Assembly: GCA_965279515.1 (NCBI GenBank)
Contig: CBDIID010000003.1
Coordinates: 3,040,001-3,104,000 of the forward strand
Length of the DNA: 64,000 nucleotides
Origin: Turneriella sp.
GTDB taxonomy: Bacteria > Spirochaetota > Leptospiria > Turneriellales > Turneriellaceae
Reading direction: 5' to 3'
Made by a program: the position numbers and the translations under genes
Notes under the pieces: generated by a model
The model's database searches: none
What the model saw: the letters and a program-made list of their open reading frames with translations, nothing else
What the model was told of the DNA's origin: nothing
Shown here: piece after piece, positions 26,372 to 37,117 of the stretch
Numbering within the stretch: position 1 is the first letter of the stretch
Layout of the letters: each line of letters begins with the position of its first letter

Positions 26372-26851
26372 ATGAAACAAAGAATCAATTATCAAACTCA
26401 CATCGCCGATCTCTCCAAATATCTCTATGAAGCCAGCGCAAAACTTAGTGCCGGTAGTTTAAGCCAGACGCTGCTCGACCTGGTTTATTACCGCGTCTCA
26501 CTCATCAACGGTTGCGCCTTTTGCGTCGATATGCACGCTAAAGAGGCCAAGATTCGCGGTGAGCGTGAGCTGCGCCTCTACCATGTGCCAATATGGCAAG
26601 ATTCGCAACTGTTTAACGAAAAAGAACGCGCGGCGTTAAAATGGGCCGATGCAGTCACTTTGATCACCGACGGACACGTTCCCGATGATGTTTACGAGGC
26701 GGTGCATGCGGTTTTATCGGACGCAGAGCTCTCTGAACTGACATTCGCCATTGGCCTGATGAATTTCTGGAATCGCCTGACGATCAGCTTTCGTGTGCAG
26801 CCAGGGTCTGCCGATACGATGCTGAAGTTAGACAGAGCTAACCTCAATTAA
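26372..26851 (+). CDS. carboxymuconolactone decarboxylase / AhpD family protein (paralog of 12908-13378)
   Basis: RVSLINGCAFCVDMH, ERAALKWA, MNFWNR. Confidence 0.88.
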   Translation: MKQRINYQTHIADLSKYLYEASAKLSAGSLSQTLLDLVYYRVSLINGCAFCVDMHAKEAKIRGERELRLYHVPIWQDSQLFNEKERAALKWADAVTLITDGHVPDDVYEAVHAVLSDAELSELTFAIGLMNFWNRLTISFRVQPGSADTMLKLDRANLN

Positions 26852-26887
26852 TGTGCATCAGCCCGGCTTCTTTATTGCTCGGGAAAA

Positions 26888-27256
26888 TTAGCGGAGCCTG
26901 GCAGCCTGTCTGCGGAAATCAGAGATGTTTTTCCGCAAACTGCTCTTCACTGTTTTTAAGCCGCTAATCTGTGAATCGACAGATGCTATTTTAGTTTCGA
27001 GAATTTCGATTCCTTTGGCGCAATCGCAGCCATTTTTCTTCATGGAAACTAAAACAGCCAATATCTCGCGCAAGCCAAAATGCAGGGAGCGGAGTTCTTT
27101 GATAAATACCAACCATTTCACATCTTCTTGCGAATAAACCCTGTAATTATTATACTTATTTGATCTCGGCGGTTTCGTGATGAGACCAAAATTCTCGTAG
27201 TAGCGTATCGTATCTTTGGAGATCCCGGTCTGTCGTGCCAGTTCACTGATGCGCAT
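26888..27256 (-). CDS. MerR family regulator
   Basis: MRISELARQTGISKDTIRYYE, NNYRVY; C-x-C near dimer helix. Confidence 0.88.
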   Translation of the reverse strand: MRISELARQTGISKDTIRYYENFGLITKPPRSNKYNNYRVYSQEDVKWLVFIKELRSLHFGLREILAVLVSMKKNGCDCAKGIEILETKIASVDSQISGLKTVKSSLRKNISDFRRQAARLR

Positions 27257-27448
27257 TACTGAAAAATAATAAATCGACTCCATACAAACAAAAAATAATC
27301 TCATGAAATATGAAACCATTTTGCCGATCAACTATATATTTCGCTCAACGGGCGGACGCACCATGGGAGGCGAAAAACAGGATCAATGCCACACGACGAC
27401 TATTAGAAGTGACATGCTGCCAGACCTACACATCGGGGTAGCAAAACC

Positions 27449-28240
27449 ATGCGCCGTTTTCTGATTTCCCTCACAGTTGTCATAACCGCTCTTACAGGAG
27501 TGCTTGTTACACTGCGCTGTGCAATTTCCCGGCCGGCGATTTTTCCCGCGCCGAAATTTAAAATCGATCCGCAGCTGCCGGGCGGCGGGATTGTCACTGT
27601 GAAGGGTGAACGCACCGCGTATGGTTATTATGCGAAGGGTGGTAAAAAGCTCGTTGTGTTCTTCCATGGCAACGGCGAGGTGATGGGCTCAATGAGCGAT
27701 CTCGCGGCGAAGATGCTCGCGCAGGGTATGAGCATTCTCATGGTGGAATACCCGGGTTACGGGTATGCCGCAGAATTCAAGGCGACCGAAAAAAATCTCT
27801 ACGATGACGCGGCGGCATTGCTGCAACTCATGCGCGAGCAGTACGGGCATGCAAGCGAAGATACAGTGCTCTGGGGATTCTCTCTCGGCACGGGGGTCGC
27901 CGTCGAAATGGCGGCGCGGAATTTCGGGACGCGGTTAATCCTCATGGCGCCCTTCACCTCTACACCCGATACCGCGCAACACCACCTGTTCTTTGCCGCG
28001 CGTTGGTTGATCGTCGACGATTTTAATAACAAGGCCAAAGCACCGGCTATTCAGATACCAGTACTGATTTTCCACGGCGTAAACGACAGCGTGATTCCCT
28101 TTCGTATGGGAAAAGAATTAGCGTTACTTTTCCCCCGCGCTGAATTTATTCCGGTGGCCGGCGCTGATCACGCCGACCTTTTTATGCATTTGGGGCCTGA
28201 GCCCTGGCAAAAGATCCAGCGCTTCGCCGCGGGTCAGTAA
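27449..28240 (+). CDS. alpha/beta hydrolase
   Basis: FFHGNGE, EYPGYG, GFSLG nucleophile elbow, HGVNDSVIP, GADH. Confidence 0.88.
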   Translation: MRRFLISLTVVITALTGVLVTLRCAISRPAIFPAPKFKIDPQLPGGGIVTVKGERTAYGYYAKGGKKLVVFFHGNGEVMGSMSDLAAKMLAQGMSILMVEYPGYGYAAEFKATEKNLYDDAAALLQLMREQYGHASEDTVLWGFSLGTGVAVEMAARNFGTRLILMAPFTSTPDTAQHHLFFAARWLIVDDFNNKAKAPAIQIPVLIFHGVNDSVIPFRMGKELALLFPRAEFIPVAGADHADLFMHLGPEPWQKIQRFAAGQ

Positions 28241-28488
28241 GCCGACGTACCGCGGATCGATTTGTTTTCCTGGCGTTTCAGGCAGGTCTGGTAGGTGTTC
28301 TCACAACCGCGGTCGCAGGCGCCGACAGGCTGCGTCGCGAGGCGGGTTTGTGAAAAATTAGCGTTGGTAATCACACATCTCTGCTGGCATTCGGTGTTGT
28401 TCTGTTCGCAGATTTCAGTCATCTTGTCGGTAGATTGGCAGGCGGCCAAAAGGCCGGCGACGAGGGCGATTCCCAGAATACGGTACAT
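28234..28488 (-). CDS. small Cys-rich lipoprotein
   Basis: MYRILGIALVAGLLAAC lipobox; six further Cys. Confidence 0.65.
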   Translation of the reverse strand: MYRILGIALVAGLLAACQSTDKMTEICEQNNTECQQRCVITNANFSQTRLATQPVGACDRGCENTYQTCLKRQENKSIRGTSAY

Positions 28489-28560
28489 GCGGATTTCAAC
28501 CGATATCGTATCTGAATCGACAAGCGGTTTCTCTCTCCAACATGGCCCGCCTCCGGCACC

Positions 28561-29433
28561 ATGCAATTTACCGTAAAACAAAACGCCACGCTGATGGATT
28601 TTCTCATGAAGGCGCTCGACGGCAAAAGCCGCACGGGTATCAAAGCCATGCTCGCGAAGCGCCTCGTCTCCGTAGACATGCAGGTCACGACGCAGTTTAA
28701 TCTCACGCTGACTCCGGGCCAGATTGTCGCGATCGGCAAAAGAACAGCCGCCGAACCCGTGACGCTCCACGGGGTGACGATTGTCTATGATGATGACGAT
28801 CTTGTGGTGATCGAAAAAGCCGCCGGGCTTTTGTCGGTACCCACCGACACAGGCAGCGAGAAATCCGCACACAGTATTATTGGTACACACCTCAAGAGGC
28901 TCAACCACAAGTCGCGCCTCTTTATCGTGCACCGCCTCGACCGTGAAACATCAGGCCTCATGATGTTCGTGAAGCATAAAGAAATACAGAGACAACTGCG
29001 CGAAAACTGGCAAGAGAGCATTCTCATGCGCAGCTATGCCGTTGTGGTCGAAGGCGTTGTGGCGAAGGACAAAGGCAAAATTATTTCGTGGTTACAGGGC
29101 ACCGACGGCCTGCGCACCTATTCGAGCCAGGTCGAGGGCGACGGGCAAAAAGCCATTTCGCACTATAAGGTTGTGCGCCGTGGCGAGGCCAATACCTTAC
29201 TCGATGTCGAACTCGAGACGGGCCGCAAGAACCAGATTCGCGTGCATATGCAGGATCTCGGACACCCGGTGGTGGGGGATGACAAATACGGCGCGGCGAC
29301 GAACCCGATCAAACGCCTTGGGTTGCACGCGCAGATGCTGAAATTTTCTCACCCCGTGTCGGGTCAGGCGATGGCGTTTGAGTCAGAGACGCCGAAAGAG
29401 TTTTTGCGGCTGTTCACGGCGCCTAAAAAATAG
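28561..29433 (+). CDS. RluA/RluD family pseudouridine synthase
   Basis: VHRLDRETSG, ETGRKNQIRVH, GHPVVGD.KYG, LGLHA. Confidence 0.93.
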   Translation: MQFTVKQNATLMDFLMKALDGKSRTGIKAMLAKRLVSVDMQVTTQFNLTLTPGQIVAIGKRTAAEPVTLHGVTIVYDDDDLVVIEKAAGLLSVPTDTGSEKSAHSIIGTHLKRLNHKSRLFIVHRLDRETSGLMMFVKHKEIQRQLRENWQESILMRSYAVVVEGVVAKDKGKIISWLQGTDGLRTYSSQVEGDGQKAISHYKVVRRGEANTLLDVELETGRKNQIRVHMQDLGHPVVGDDKYGAATNPIKRLGLHAQMLKFSHPVSGQAMAFESETPKEFLRLFTAPKK

Positions 29434-29545
29434 CAGTTTTATTGCGAAATGATCTTCACAGATTTGCGTCAGCTTGTCGGTCGACCGGCGCGCAATAAAG
29501 ACCCAAAGAACTTTGCTTGTCAGCGGCTTTTTCCGGACTTGTTCT

Positions 29546-29965
29546 ATGAAATATCTACACGCCATGGTGCGCGTCCGCAATCTTGAAAAGGCCCTCGCCT
29601 TTTTTAAGGACGCGCTGGGTCTCATCGAAAACCGACGCAAAGATTATCCCGAAGGGCGCTTTACGCTCGTCTATCTTGGTGCGCCAGAAAACCGCGATGC
29701 CGAGGTCGAGCTGACGTATAATTATGACGATGAAGATTACGGTGGATCGCGTAATTTCGGCCACCTGGCTTTCGAGGTCGACAATGTCTACGAGGCCTGC
29801 GAAAAATTACAAAAACATGGTGTGACCATCAACCGCCCGCCGCGCGACGGCCGCATGGCTTTTGTACGTTCACCCGACCAGATTTCCATCGAGCTGCTGC
29901 AAAAGGGAGATCCCTTGCCGCCCGCCGAGCCATGGAAGTCGATGCAGAATACCGGCAAGTGGTGA
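29546..29965 (+). CDS. gloA: lactoylglutathione lyase (glyoxalase I)
   Basis: [35 protein letters not shown]. Confidence 0.88.
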   Translation: MKYLHAMVRVRNLEKALAFFKDALGLIENRRKDYPEGRFTLVYLGAPENRDAEVELTYNYDDEDYGGSRNFGHLAFEVDNVYEACEKLQKHGVTINRPPRDGRMAFVRSPDQISIELLQKGDPLPPAEPWKSMQNTGKW

Positions 29966-30414
29966 CGGTCAGAAAAGCCGAACGCGGCGATTACCTGGCG
30001 GTAGCTGACCTCGACCGCATGGTCTGGCTTCCATACCCCAACGGCAATCACTTGCCAGATGGCGAGCATACTTGGCGTCATTGGATTGAAGATGCGGTTG
30101 TTGTCGTGCTCTGCGAAGCCGAAGTGATTGCCGGAGCAGCGCTGGCTTTTCCGCGGCTCGATGGTGGTTTCTGGTTGCACAAGATTTTCGTCGCCGCGAC
30201 TCACCGCAAGCAGGGGGGCGGCCGGCTGCTGATGGAGGGCATCCTCACCGAAATCGATAACCATCAGGCGGATTGTTATCTCACGGTGAACCCGGCGAAT
30301 GAACATGCAGTGGCGCTTTACCGTAGTTTCGGCTTCGCCGCAGCTGCCGTGACCGACGGCTATTACCGTAAGGACGAACCCCGCTACGAGATGCGGCGGC
30401 CTAAACTTACTTAA
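29962..30414 (+). CDS. GNAT acetyltransferase
   Basis: [30 protein letters not shown] overlap with gloA. Confidence 0.8.
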   Translation: MTVRKAERGDYLAVADLDRMVWLPYPNGNHLPDGEHTWRHWIEDAVVVVLCEAEVIAGAALAFPRLDGGFWLHKIFVAATHRKQGGGRLLMEGILTEIDNHQADCYLTVNPANEHAVALYRSFGFAAAAVTDGYYRKDEPRYEMRRPKLT

Positions 30415-30772
30415 GCCCGTCGGGCAAGATCAATTCGCCGCTCTCTTTATGAATGCGGATAGCCGGCTCGATATAGGCATTGATCGTCTTATAAGGATAA
30501 CTTTCGCGCGAGACATGGTAGTGCTCGCCCAGGAGAATAATCTGGTCAGCGGCCGGCTTCTTGCACCAGCTCTTGTCGGGCCGCCGTTCGCAGCGCAATC
30601 TGAAAACCGCTTCAAGATGGGGCGCGGCGAGTTTCATCGCCTGCGCGGGTGAGATTTTAGCGCGAGCTGTGCTTTCGTCGCTTGCCGAAACCATTTCGGG
30701 GCTTGCGCAGCCCGACAGTGCTATTAGGAGCACAGCAAAGAGCGTAACAATGTTTAAGCTATAAATCCGCAT
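30407..30772 (-). CDS. hypothetical lipoprotein
   Basis: hydrophobic N-terminus with lipobox LSGC. Confidence 0.55.
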   Translation of the reverse strand: MRIYSLNIVTLFAVLLIALSGCASPEMVSASDESTARAKISPAQAMKLAAPHLEAVFRLRCERRPDKSWCKKPAADQIILLGEHYHVSRESYPYKTINAYIEPAIRIHKESGELILPDGLK

Positions 30773-30776
30773 ATGC

Positions 30777-32324
30777 CTACCAGTCGATCGGTTTATAGTC
30801 TTTGAGAAACTTGCCCCAGATATGCTCGCCCGTATTGATGCCATAGAGAAACGGATCGCAGACACGCGCGGCGCCGTCGACGATATCCAGCGGCGGCTGA
30901 AAATCATGCACTTTTTGTTTGAGTTCGGCCAGCTGCGCGGGATCTTCATCGGTGACCCAGCCGGTGTCGACCGCGTTCATATAGATGCCGTCTTTCGCAA
31001 GATCACTCGCCGCGGTGTGCGTCAGCATGTTGAGCGCGGCTTTCGCCATATTCGTGTGCGGGTGGCGGTCTTCTTTTTTGAAACGGTGGAACTTACCCTC
31101 CATCGCCGAAACATTGACGACGTGTTTTTTTCCGGTCAGGTTTTCACGCATGAGGCCGATCAGGCGGTTGCAGAGCACGAACGGCGCGACGGCGTTCACG
31201 AGCTGTAGTTCGAGCATCTCGGCCGTATCGATTTGGCCGAGCTTCAGCCGCCAGCTATTCGTCGTGCGCAGGTCGACCTGCTGCAGGTCGGCGTCGAGCT
31301 TGCCCGTGGGGAAAAGCGGCTCGGCGGGTTTCAGCTCATCGTGGTTGTAGGGTATCTGCGATAGCGCCGCTGACTGCCGTATGCCCACTCCCGGTGCCCG
31401 TTCTTGCCACAGCGCGGGAACAGCAGTGGAAGAAGCCAGCTCGGGCGGCCGTTTCGCCGCCAGCTGATTCTTGCACGCCTCAAAGTCCTCGAGAAGCGCG
31501 CGCGCCTCAGAGGGAATATTTTCTGGTGGCATGAGTTCGGCCGCCATCAGGTGGCTGTAGAATGCCGGCGGCCTGCGCACGGTTTGTGCGGCGTTATTAA
31601 TCAAGAGATCAAGACTCTGGTAACGCGAGATAAAATAATCGCAAAAGATTTCAACGCTCGGCGTGTGCCTGAGATCGAGGCCGTGAATGTGCAGCCGGTC
31701 TTTCCAATGGGGGAAATCCGCCTCTTTGCTGAAGCGTACCGCCGCATCGACGGGAAAACGCGTCGTCACGATCACACGCGCGCCTGACTGCAGCATCATC
31801 AGCGCCGACTGGTAGCCGATCTTGAGGCGCGCGCCGGTGATGAGCGCAGTCATGCCGGTCAGGTCAGCGCGCTGAAAACGTTTCGCATAGTTGAACTCGG
31901 CGCACTCGGGACACATGGCGTCGTAGAAATGATGCAGCTTCACGAACTCGGCTTTGCAGATGTAGCAGTTGCGCGGCGAGGCGAGGTCGGGCTTGTTGCC
32001 CTCCTGGCCGGTGGGTGCGCTGAGCAATTTCTGGGGGGCGCTGAATACTGTTGCCTGCCTCGCCGCGCGGATGCCCGTCTGTGCGCGGGCCTTGCGTTCG
32101 CGCTGGGCAATCGCCAGGCGCTCGTGCTTACGCGTCTGCCGCCGTCTCTGCCGTATAGTGCCGCGGTCAGGGTGTGAGAGTAGCCCGCAGAGTTTCATGA
32201 GCTCGATGCGTTGGGTTTCATCAAGGCCCGTCCAGGCAGAGGGGTCACCTGAAAGCAGGCTGAGAATTTCAAGGGTACGCCTCAGTTCTGCGGAGGTAAA
32301 ATCTACTTGGGAAATTTCAGACAC
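30777..32324 (-). CDS. atypical SDR-family oxidoreductase with N-terminal CxxC..CxxC module
   Basis: [44 protein letters not shown]. Confidence 0.8.
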   Translation of the reverse strand: MSEISQVDFTSAELRRTLEILSLLSGDPSAWTGLDETQRIELMKLCGLLSHPDRGTIRQRRRQTRKHERLAIAQRERKARAQTGIRAARQATVFSAPQKLLSAPTGQEGNKPDLASPRNCYICKAEFVKLHHFYDAMCPECAEFNYAKRFQRADLTGMTALITGARLKIGYQSALMMLQSGARVIVTTRFPVDAAVRFSKEADFPHWKDRLHIHGLDLRHTPSVEIFCDYFISRYQSLDLLINNAAQTVRRPPAFYSHLMAAELMPPENIPSEARALLEDFEACKNQLAAKRPPELASSTAVPALWQERAPGVGIRQSAALSQIPYNHDELKPAEPLFPTGKLDADLQQVDLRTTNSWRLKLGQIDTAEMLELQLVNAVAPFVLCNRLIGLMRENLTGKKHVVNVSAMEGKFHRFKKEDRHPHTNMAKAALNMLTHTAASDLAKDGIYMNAVDTGWVTDEDPAQLAELKQKVHDFQPPLDIVDGAARVCDPFLYGINTGEHIWGKFLKDYKPIDW

Positions 32325-32386
32325 TGCGTTTCCGTAGCGGAGAACTTTGTTTCGAGCAGGCCGTAAACCCTGATTTGATACCGGTT

Positions 32387-32773
32387 TCAGGAAATTTTAG
32401 GCAAGCCCAGCGCGTCGAAAATGCCGTTCATCAGCGCCTTGCGATCGTATGGTTTCGAGAAGACCCGGCTGGCGCCTTTGGCAATACACTCTTCTTCCGT
32501 GACATCGGCGAAACCGGTGAGAAAAATGACCACGGGGATTTTCGGATCAATCTTGCGGATTTTTTCCAGCAGGCTCATGCCGTCGCCGCCTGGCATACGC
32601 ATATCAGATAAAACGAGATCGATCTTTTGTTTCAATACCAATTCAAATGCCTCTGCGGCGCTGGCAGCAGATAACGTCTGGAAGCCCTGCCGTTTGAAAT
32701 CGAAGACCAGCATCTTACGGATATCTGGCTCATCATCGACGATTAAAATTGTAAATTTTTCTAAACCTTCCAT
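32387..32773 (-). CDS. single-domain response regulator
   Basis: VDDE, SDMRMP, LTG, SKP. Confidence 0.92.
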   Translation of the reverse strand: MEGLEKFTILIVDDEPDIRKMLVFDFKRQGFQTLSAASAAEAFELVLKQKIDLVLSDMRMPGGDGMSLLEKIRKIDPKIPVVIFLTGFADVTEEECIAKGASRVFSKPYDRKALMNGIFDALGLPKIS

Positions 32774-34092
32774 AAGTCTCCCCGCGGCACCTTCATGCCT
32801 GCCTGAATTTCTATTGCCGGTAACCTCAGCACAAAGCAGGTGTTAGCATATCCGGCATCCATCTCTAGTTCACCCTGGTGCTCGTGCACAATTCCCAAAG
32901 AAACACTGAGGCCCAGGCCTGTACCGGTTCCTATTTCCTTTGTTGTGAAAAACGGTTCGAAAATTTTCGCGCGCACCGCATCGGCAATACGGGGGCCCGA
33001 ATCGACGACGCGTATTTCGAGCCAGTGATCCTTCTGAGCCACTGCAATCTGCACCCATTTATCCGCTGCATCGGCAATCGCGTCGTAAGCATTTTGCAGT
33101 AAATTTAAGAGAACCTGGGAGATCTGTGTTTCACGGCCAGTGAAAAATAAATTGCCGGGAATTTCATCGATCAACAATTTCACGCCATGGTTTTTGAACC
33201 GTTCCTGGCAAAAACTCACGGTGTTCTCAATCAGCCGGGTGACGTTCACCGGCTGTGGTGCGTCTTTGCTGCTGTCGCGGGAAAAAACCCGAAGCCCTTG
33301 GACAATTTTTGCAATGCGGTCGACCGTTTTTTCGTTCGTCGTTGCCATCTCTCTCACGGCTTCTGCATCGACGGGATGTTCAGCGGCGAGTTCGGCGATC
33401 TGCGAAGACAGGGTCTTAATAATCGCCAGCGGATTATTGATCTCATGGGCGATGCCGCCTGCCATTTCACCCAGCGCCGTCATTTTACTGCTCTGCATTA
33501 ACTGCGCTTTCATCTCGTTCTCTTTTGCAAGGAAACGATTAAACACATGAACCATTTCCACCAGAAGCGATGAGCTCATTGCCATGACGCTCGCAATAAT
33601 GCAGAACTGTACAGGCTCAATTGGCACCGGGGCCATCCAAAAATTCGCGGCGGCAAAATTACTCAGCCAAAAGAGCGTCTGCAAGTACCCGAATATTCTC
33701 CTTTGCGACCAGAAAGTGAAAAAAGTTCCACCGGCAAAATTCATCACCAGATACGCAGGCCAGTAATGCTGAAATGGCCCATCGGTTGCAGAGAAGGCGA
33801 AAAATGTGAGCACACCGTTGAACAAAAACACCCGGAAAACCTCCAGTCGAATACGGTTCTTAACCCGGTTGGACAGCTGTGTCAGTGCGAGATTTACCAA
33901 AACAAAGCAGCTCAGATAAACGAAGGTGATCCAGCTGCTGAGACCCTGAAGAGAGGTCAGCAGCGCCAGCAGAGCCATGGCAACGGAGAAGAGCCCGAAA
34001 CAAAGATCGAGAACTTTCAGGATCTCCTGGTACCCGGCGCTGCGCAGGCCTTCCGCTAATTTTTCTTTTCCGTCTTTTTGTTCACTGCTCAA
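32761..34092 (-). CDS. membrane sensor histidine kinase
   Basis: several TM helices; AHEINNPL, NLLQNA, DSG, FFTTK, GTGLGL. Confidence 0.92.
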   Translation of the reverse strand: MSSEQKDGKEKLAEGLRSAGYQEILKVLDLCFGLFSVAMALLALLTSLQGLSSWITFVYLSCFVLVNLALTQLSNRVKNRIRLEVFRVFLFNGVLTFFAFSATDGPFQHYWPAYLVMNFAGGTFFTFWSQRRIFGYLQTLFWLSNFAAANFWMAPVPIEPVQFCIIASVMAMSSSLLVEMVHVFNRFLAKENEMKAQLMQSSKMTALGEMAGGIAHEINNPLAIIKTLSSQIAELAAEHPVDAEAVREMATTNEKTVDRIAKIVQGLRVFSRDSSKDAPQPVNVTRLIENTVSFCQERFKNHGVKLLIDEIPGNLFFTGRETQISQVLLNLLQNAYDAIADAADKWVQIAVAQKDHWLEIRVVDSGPRIADAVRAKIFEPFFTTKEIGTGTGLGLSVSLGIVHEHQGELEMDAGYANTCFVLRLPAIEIQAGMKVPRGDLWKV

Positions 34093-34169
34093 AATAGCGC
34101 ATGCCTTGGAGATAGCTCAGTTTTTGAATAGGGTTAGGCGCCCCGTCAACAAAATCAGAAATTGTCGCG

Positions 34170-34529
34170 ATGAAGCTGAATCCCCTCACGCTCGAAGAGC
34201 AACGCGTCATTATTCACAAAGGCACTGAACGCCCGGGTACGGGTGAATACGAGCACAACAAGGCCGCAGGCACCTATGTCTGCCGGCAGTGCGATGCAGA
34301 GCTCTACCGCAGTGAAGACAAGTTCGAGTCGGGCTGCGGCTGGCCCAGCTTCGACGACGAAATCGCGGGCGCGGTCGAACATGTGCCCGACGCCGATGGC
34401 CGCCGTACCGAAATTGTCTGCGCGGCCTGCGGTGGACATCTGGGCCACGTTTTTAAAGGAGAACGCTTTACAGCCAAGAACACGCGCCATTGTGTGAACT
34501 CCATATCGATGAAATTTATACCGAGGTAA
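34170..34529 (+). CDS. msrB: methionine-R-sulfoxide reductase
   Basis: GTERPGTG, CxxC pairs, GCGWPSF, HLGHVF, RHCVNS. Confidence 0.93.
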   Translation: MKLNPLTLEEQRVIIHKGTERPGTGEYEHNKAAGTYVCRQCDAELYRSEDKFESGCGWPSFDDEIAGAVEHVPDADGRRTEIVCAACGGHLGHVFKGERFTAKNTRHCVNSISMKFIPR

Positions 34530-34532
34530 TTT

Positions 34533-35141
34533 ATGAAAAAATCCCTGTTATTTCTTTTTCCACTTTTGACGGCTTTTGCGGCAGGCGGCGAAGGTTTTAC
34601 GCAAAACCATCTGGGCCTGCTCAAACAATATGCAGGATGCACCTCGGCGGCGGCAGACAAGCTCTGGTGCCGCTTCACAGGTTTTACGGCTGCGGAAAAG
34701 TCTGCCGCGCCGAATCCCGGCGTCTACCTGGGTGTGACAACTTTTGTGCAGACCAATGGCGGCTCGGCTGCGACGCTCGGGAAATTCAGCCGTGTGTCGA
34801 GTCTGGCGGTGCGCAAATCGGGAGCCGAGTCCGTTGCCTTAATTGCAACCATCAATCCGCAGAATGACACCGGTAAGGCAGAAGTCGCGCGTCTCTTACC
34901 CCTCGTGCGTAAACAAATCGAAGGCGGCGCAAAACCTGAAATCAAAGAGCCGGGGCTCTCAGGTTATATCAGCTCACTCCCCGAGCGTGCAAAATACCCG
35001 ATGGTGCAGCACAAGAACGGCTTCACCCTGAACGGCGGCTCGAAGGCCGACCTGCGCCGCGTCGGCGGCGTCTGGGTTTCGATCGAAGTGCCGCAGAAAA
35101 ATCCCGCAGGCATCTGGATCACGGTGTTCGCGGCAAACTAG
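34533..35141 (+). CDS. secreted hypothetical protein
   Basis: signal peptide; GAGG RBS; 4 nt after msrB. Confidence 0.6.
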   Translation: MKKSLLFLFPLLTAFAAGGEGFTQNHLGLLKQYAGCTSAAADKLWCRFTGFTAAEKSAAPNPGVYLGVTTFVQTNGGSAATLGKFSRVSSLAVRKSGAESVALIATINPQNDTGKAEVARLLPLVRKQIEGGAKPEIKEPGLSGYISSLPERAKYPMVQHKNGFTLNGGSKADLRRVGGVWVSIEVPQKNPAGIWITVFAAN

Positions 35142-35847
35142 CTGCGAACGCGAAACCGGTAAAAGCTTTCAGGTAAGCCTCTTTTTCAAACTCAAATGGC
35201 CCGACGGCTGGGTAAGCGATATCGTCGCCCGGTGCATCGCCCAGATCGGTAACGTCGCCCGTATCGATGACCAGTTTTCCCGATTTCAGATCGTGTAAGA
35301 AGACATAGTCGAATTCATTCTCATGCGCTGCATAGGCCGAAAGCAGCGCATAACTGCGATTCTCTTTCTGCCACAGTTCAAAGACCTTGTTACCCGTGCG
35401 GCTTTTTTCCGAGGACATATACGCCGCGAGCCGGGGTGGGTTGTTGTCAAAATTACGCCAGGTGACACTGTGCGCTTTTTCGACAACCTGCACGGTCACA
35501 TTGCCGCATTCGAGGTCGCCGCACTCGGGGCAGCCATAGAGATGTACCCGCCGCCGCTCATAATATGCCGGCACCCGAAATGTCAGTTCCTGCAGACGGT
35601 TACGCCCCAAATCGAACTGGTCGAATGGGTCGGCCGGCATATTTTTTCCGACGGGGAAATCCGCAAGGCGCACCATGCCTGCCAGATCGCGCAGATCGAT
35701 TTCGAACAAATCGCCCAGCGATTTTCCATTCACAATAAAATCGATGTACTCTGCGGGGCGCCGGTTGCCAGCCATGTCGGTATTTTGGCGTGCCCCGTCA
35801 GGCTGCGTTTCGAGACGGCGCCTCACGGCAAGGGCCAGAGTATCCAT
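35119..35847 (-). CDS. hypothetical protein with CPECGDxxCG motif
   Basis: DFIVNGKSL, LYGCPECGDLECG, GPFEFEKEAY. Confidence 0.6.
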   Translation of the reverse strand: MDTLALAVRRRLETQPDGARQNTDMAGNRRPAEYIDFIVNGKSLGDLFEIDLRDLAGMVRLADFPVGKNMPADPFDQFDLGRNRLQELTFRVPAYYERRRVHLYGCPECGDLECGNVTVQVVEKAHSVTWRNFDNNPPRLAAYMSSEKSRTGNKVFELWQKENRSYALLSAYAAHENEFDYVFLHDLKSGKLVIDTGDVTDLGDAPGDDIAYPAVGPFEFEKEAYLKAFTGFAFAASLPRTP

Positions 35848-35947
35848 ACGCTGGTTTTGCCAATCTTCGCGGCGACGCAATCTTTTTTGCAGAAGGTTAG
35901 GACGAATCGGGCTTGAATGTCTCACGATTATTTAAGAAGCGGTATCT

Positions 35948-36592
35948 ATGCAGAATACAATGCCTATGGCCTCCATGGCCCTTTTCCTTTTATTCTCAAA
36001 TGTCTCCGCCGAAGATGTTCCCGCCGGCGAAGAGCCGCAACGCATCGTCACGAAACGTGCGGTATTCGCCGTCTGGCCGCCGAACGGCGCCTTCTATAAA
36101 GGCGATGTCATCGACGAGAAAGATGGCAAGAGCCTGATCCAGTGGGCACCGGGTAATGGCGGCACGCTCGAGCCGTCTTGGGTAGAAAACGACAATGTCT
36201 TCGGCACGCTCGAAGCTCTGATGCACGAAGGCAAAAAGCCGCGCGAGGTCTATGCGATGTACAGCACGGGTTATTATTATAAAGGTATTGCGATTCTCGA
36301 TCGCGATGACAAGACCCTGGTCTACTGGGCCGATGGCTCGGCACCGATGTGGGTGGCTAAAAAAGATGTCCGACCACGTAAGGGTCATGGGCTCAAAAAA
36401 GATATGATTGCCGACCGCGAACTGACCCCGGCCGAGAAAGCCAAAGCGGCGAAGGCCGACGGGCAATACAAAAAAGACCGCGCGGCACAGTTTATTCCAC
36501 AATGTAAAACCTACAGAACGCAATTGGATTGTATGCGTACCTTCGACCCCTGCACGTGGACGGGATCAGGCTGCAACTACCGCGGTTATTGA
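35948..36592 (+). CDS. secreted protein with two Tudor/Agenet-like repeats and a Cys-rich tail
   Basis: VFAVW..GAFYKG..IQW..G..WV and [38 protein letters not shown]. Confidence 0.55.
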   Translation: MQNTMPMASMALFLLFSNVSAEDVPAGEEPQRIVTKRAVFAVWPPNGAFYKGDVIDEKDGKSLIQWAPGNGGTLEPSWVENDNVFGTLEALMHEGKKPREVYAMYSTGYYYKGIAILDRDDKTLVYWADGSAPMWVAKKDVRPRKGHGLKKDMIADRELTPAEKAKAAKADGQYKKDRAAQFIPQCKTYRTQLDCMRTFDPCTWTGSGCNYRGY

Positions 36593-37095
36593 TGAAAAAA
36601 GCAGTACTGGCCGGCGGTTGTTTCTGGGGTCTCGAAGAGCTCATGCGCAGCCAACCCGGCGTGATCGACACCGAATGCGGTTATTGCGGCGGCCCGAATG
36701 AAAATCCCACCTACCGCAACCACGAGGGCCACGCCGAGGCGCTCGAGATCACTTACGATGAAACAAAGACCAGTTTCAGAAATCTGCTGAATTTCTTTTT
36801 CCAGATCCATAACCCGACGACAATGAACCGCCAGGGCAACGACATCGGTAGTTCATACCGCTCGACGATCTTCTACGCAAATGAGGATGAAAAGCGCGAG
36901 GCGCAGGAATTTATCAAAATTGTCGATGCCTCGAAGCGCTGGCCCAAGGTCGTTGTAACGACATTGGAGCCTTTAGGAGCCGAGCACGGCGCCGCCGGTA
37001 AATTCTGGCCCGCCGAAGATTACCACCAGGATTACCTGCAGAAATCACCCAACGGCTATACCTGCCACCGGATTTATTTCAACAGCTACATTTAG
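36592..37095 (+). CDS. msrA: methionine-S-sulfoxide reductase
   Basis: [34 protein letters not shown] overlap. Confidence 0.95.
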   Translation: MKKAVLAGGCFWGLEELMRSQPGVIDTECGYCGGPNENPTYRNHEGHAEALEITYDETKTSFRNLLNFFFQIHNPTTMNRQGNDIGSSYRSTIFYANEDEKREAQEFIKIVDASKRWPKVVVTTLEPLGAEHGAAGKFWPAEDYHQDYLQKSPNGYTCHRIYFNSYI

Positions 37096-37117
37096 TCGCT
37101 TGGGGTTGCTTCCGGTT

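Noticed and set aside
27338..27360. Further attC inverse core site (TTTCGCTCAAC)
   Set aside because: Short match only, with no following hairpin or partner core site
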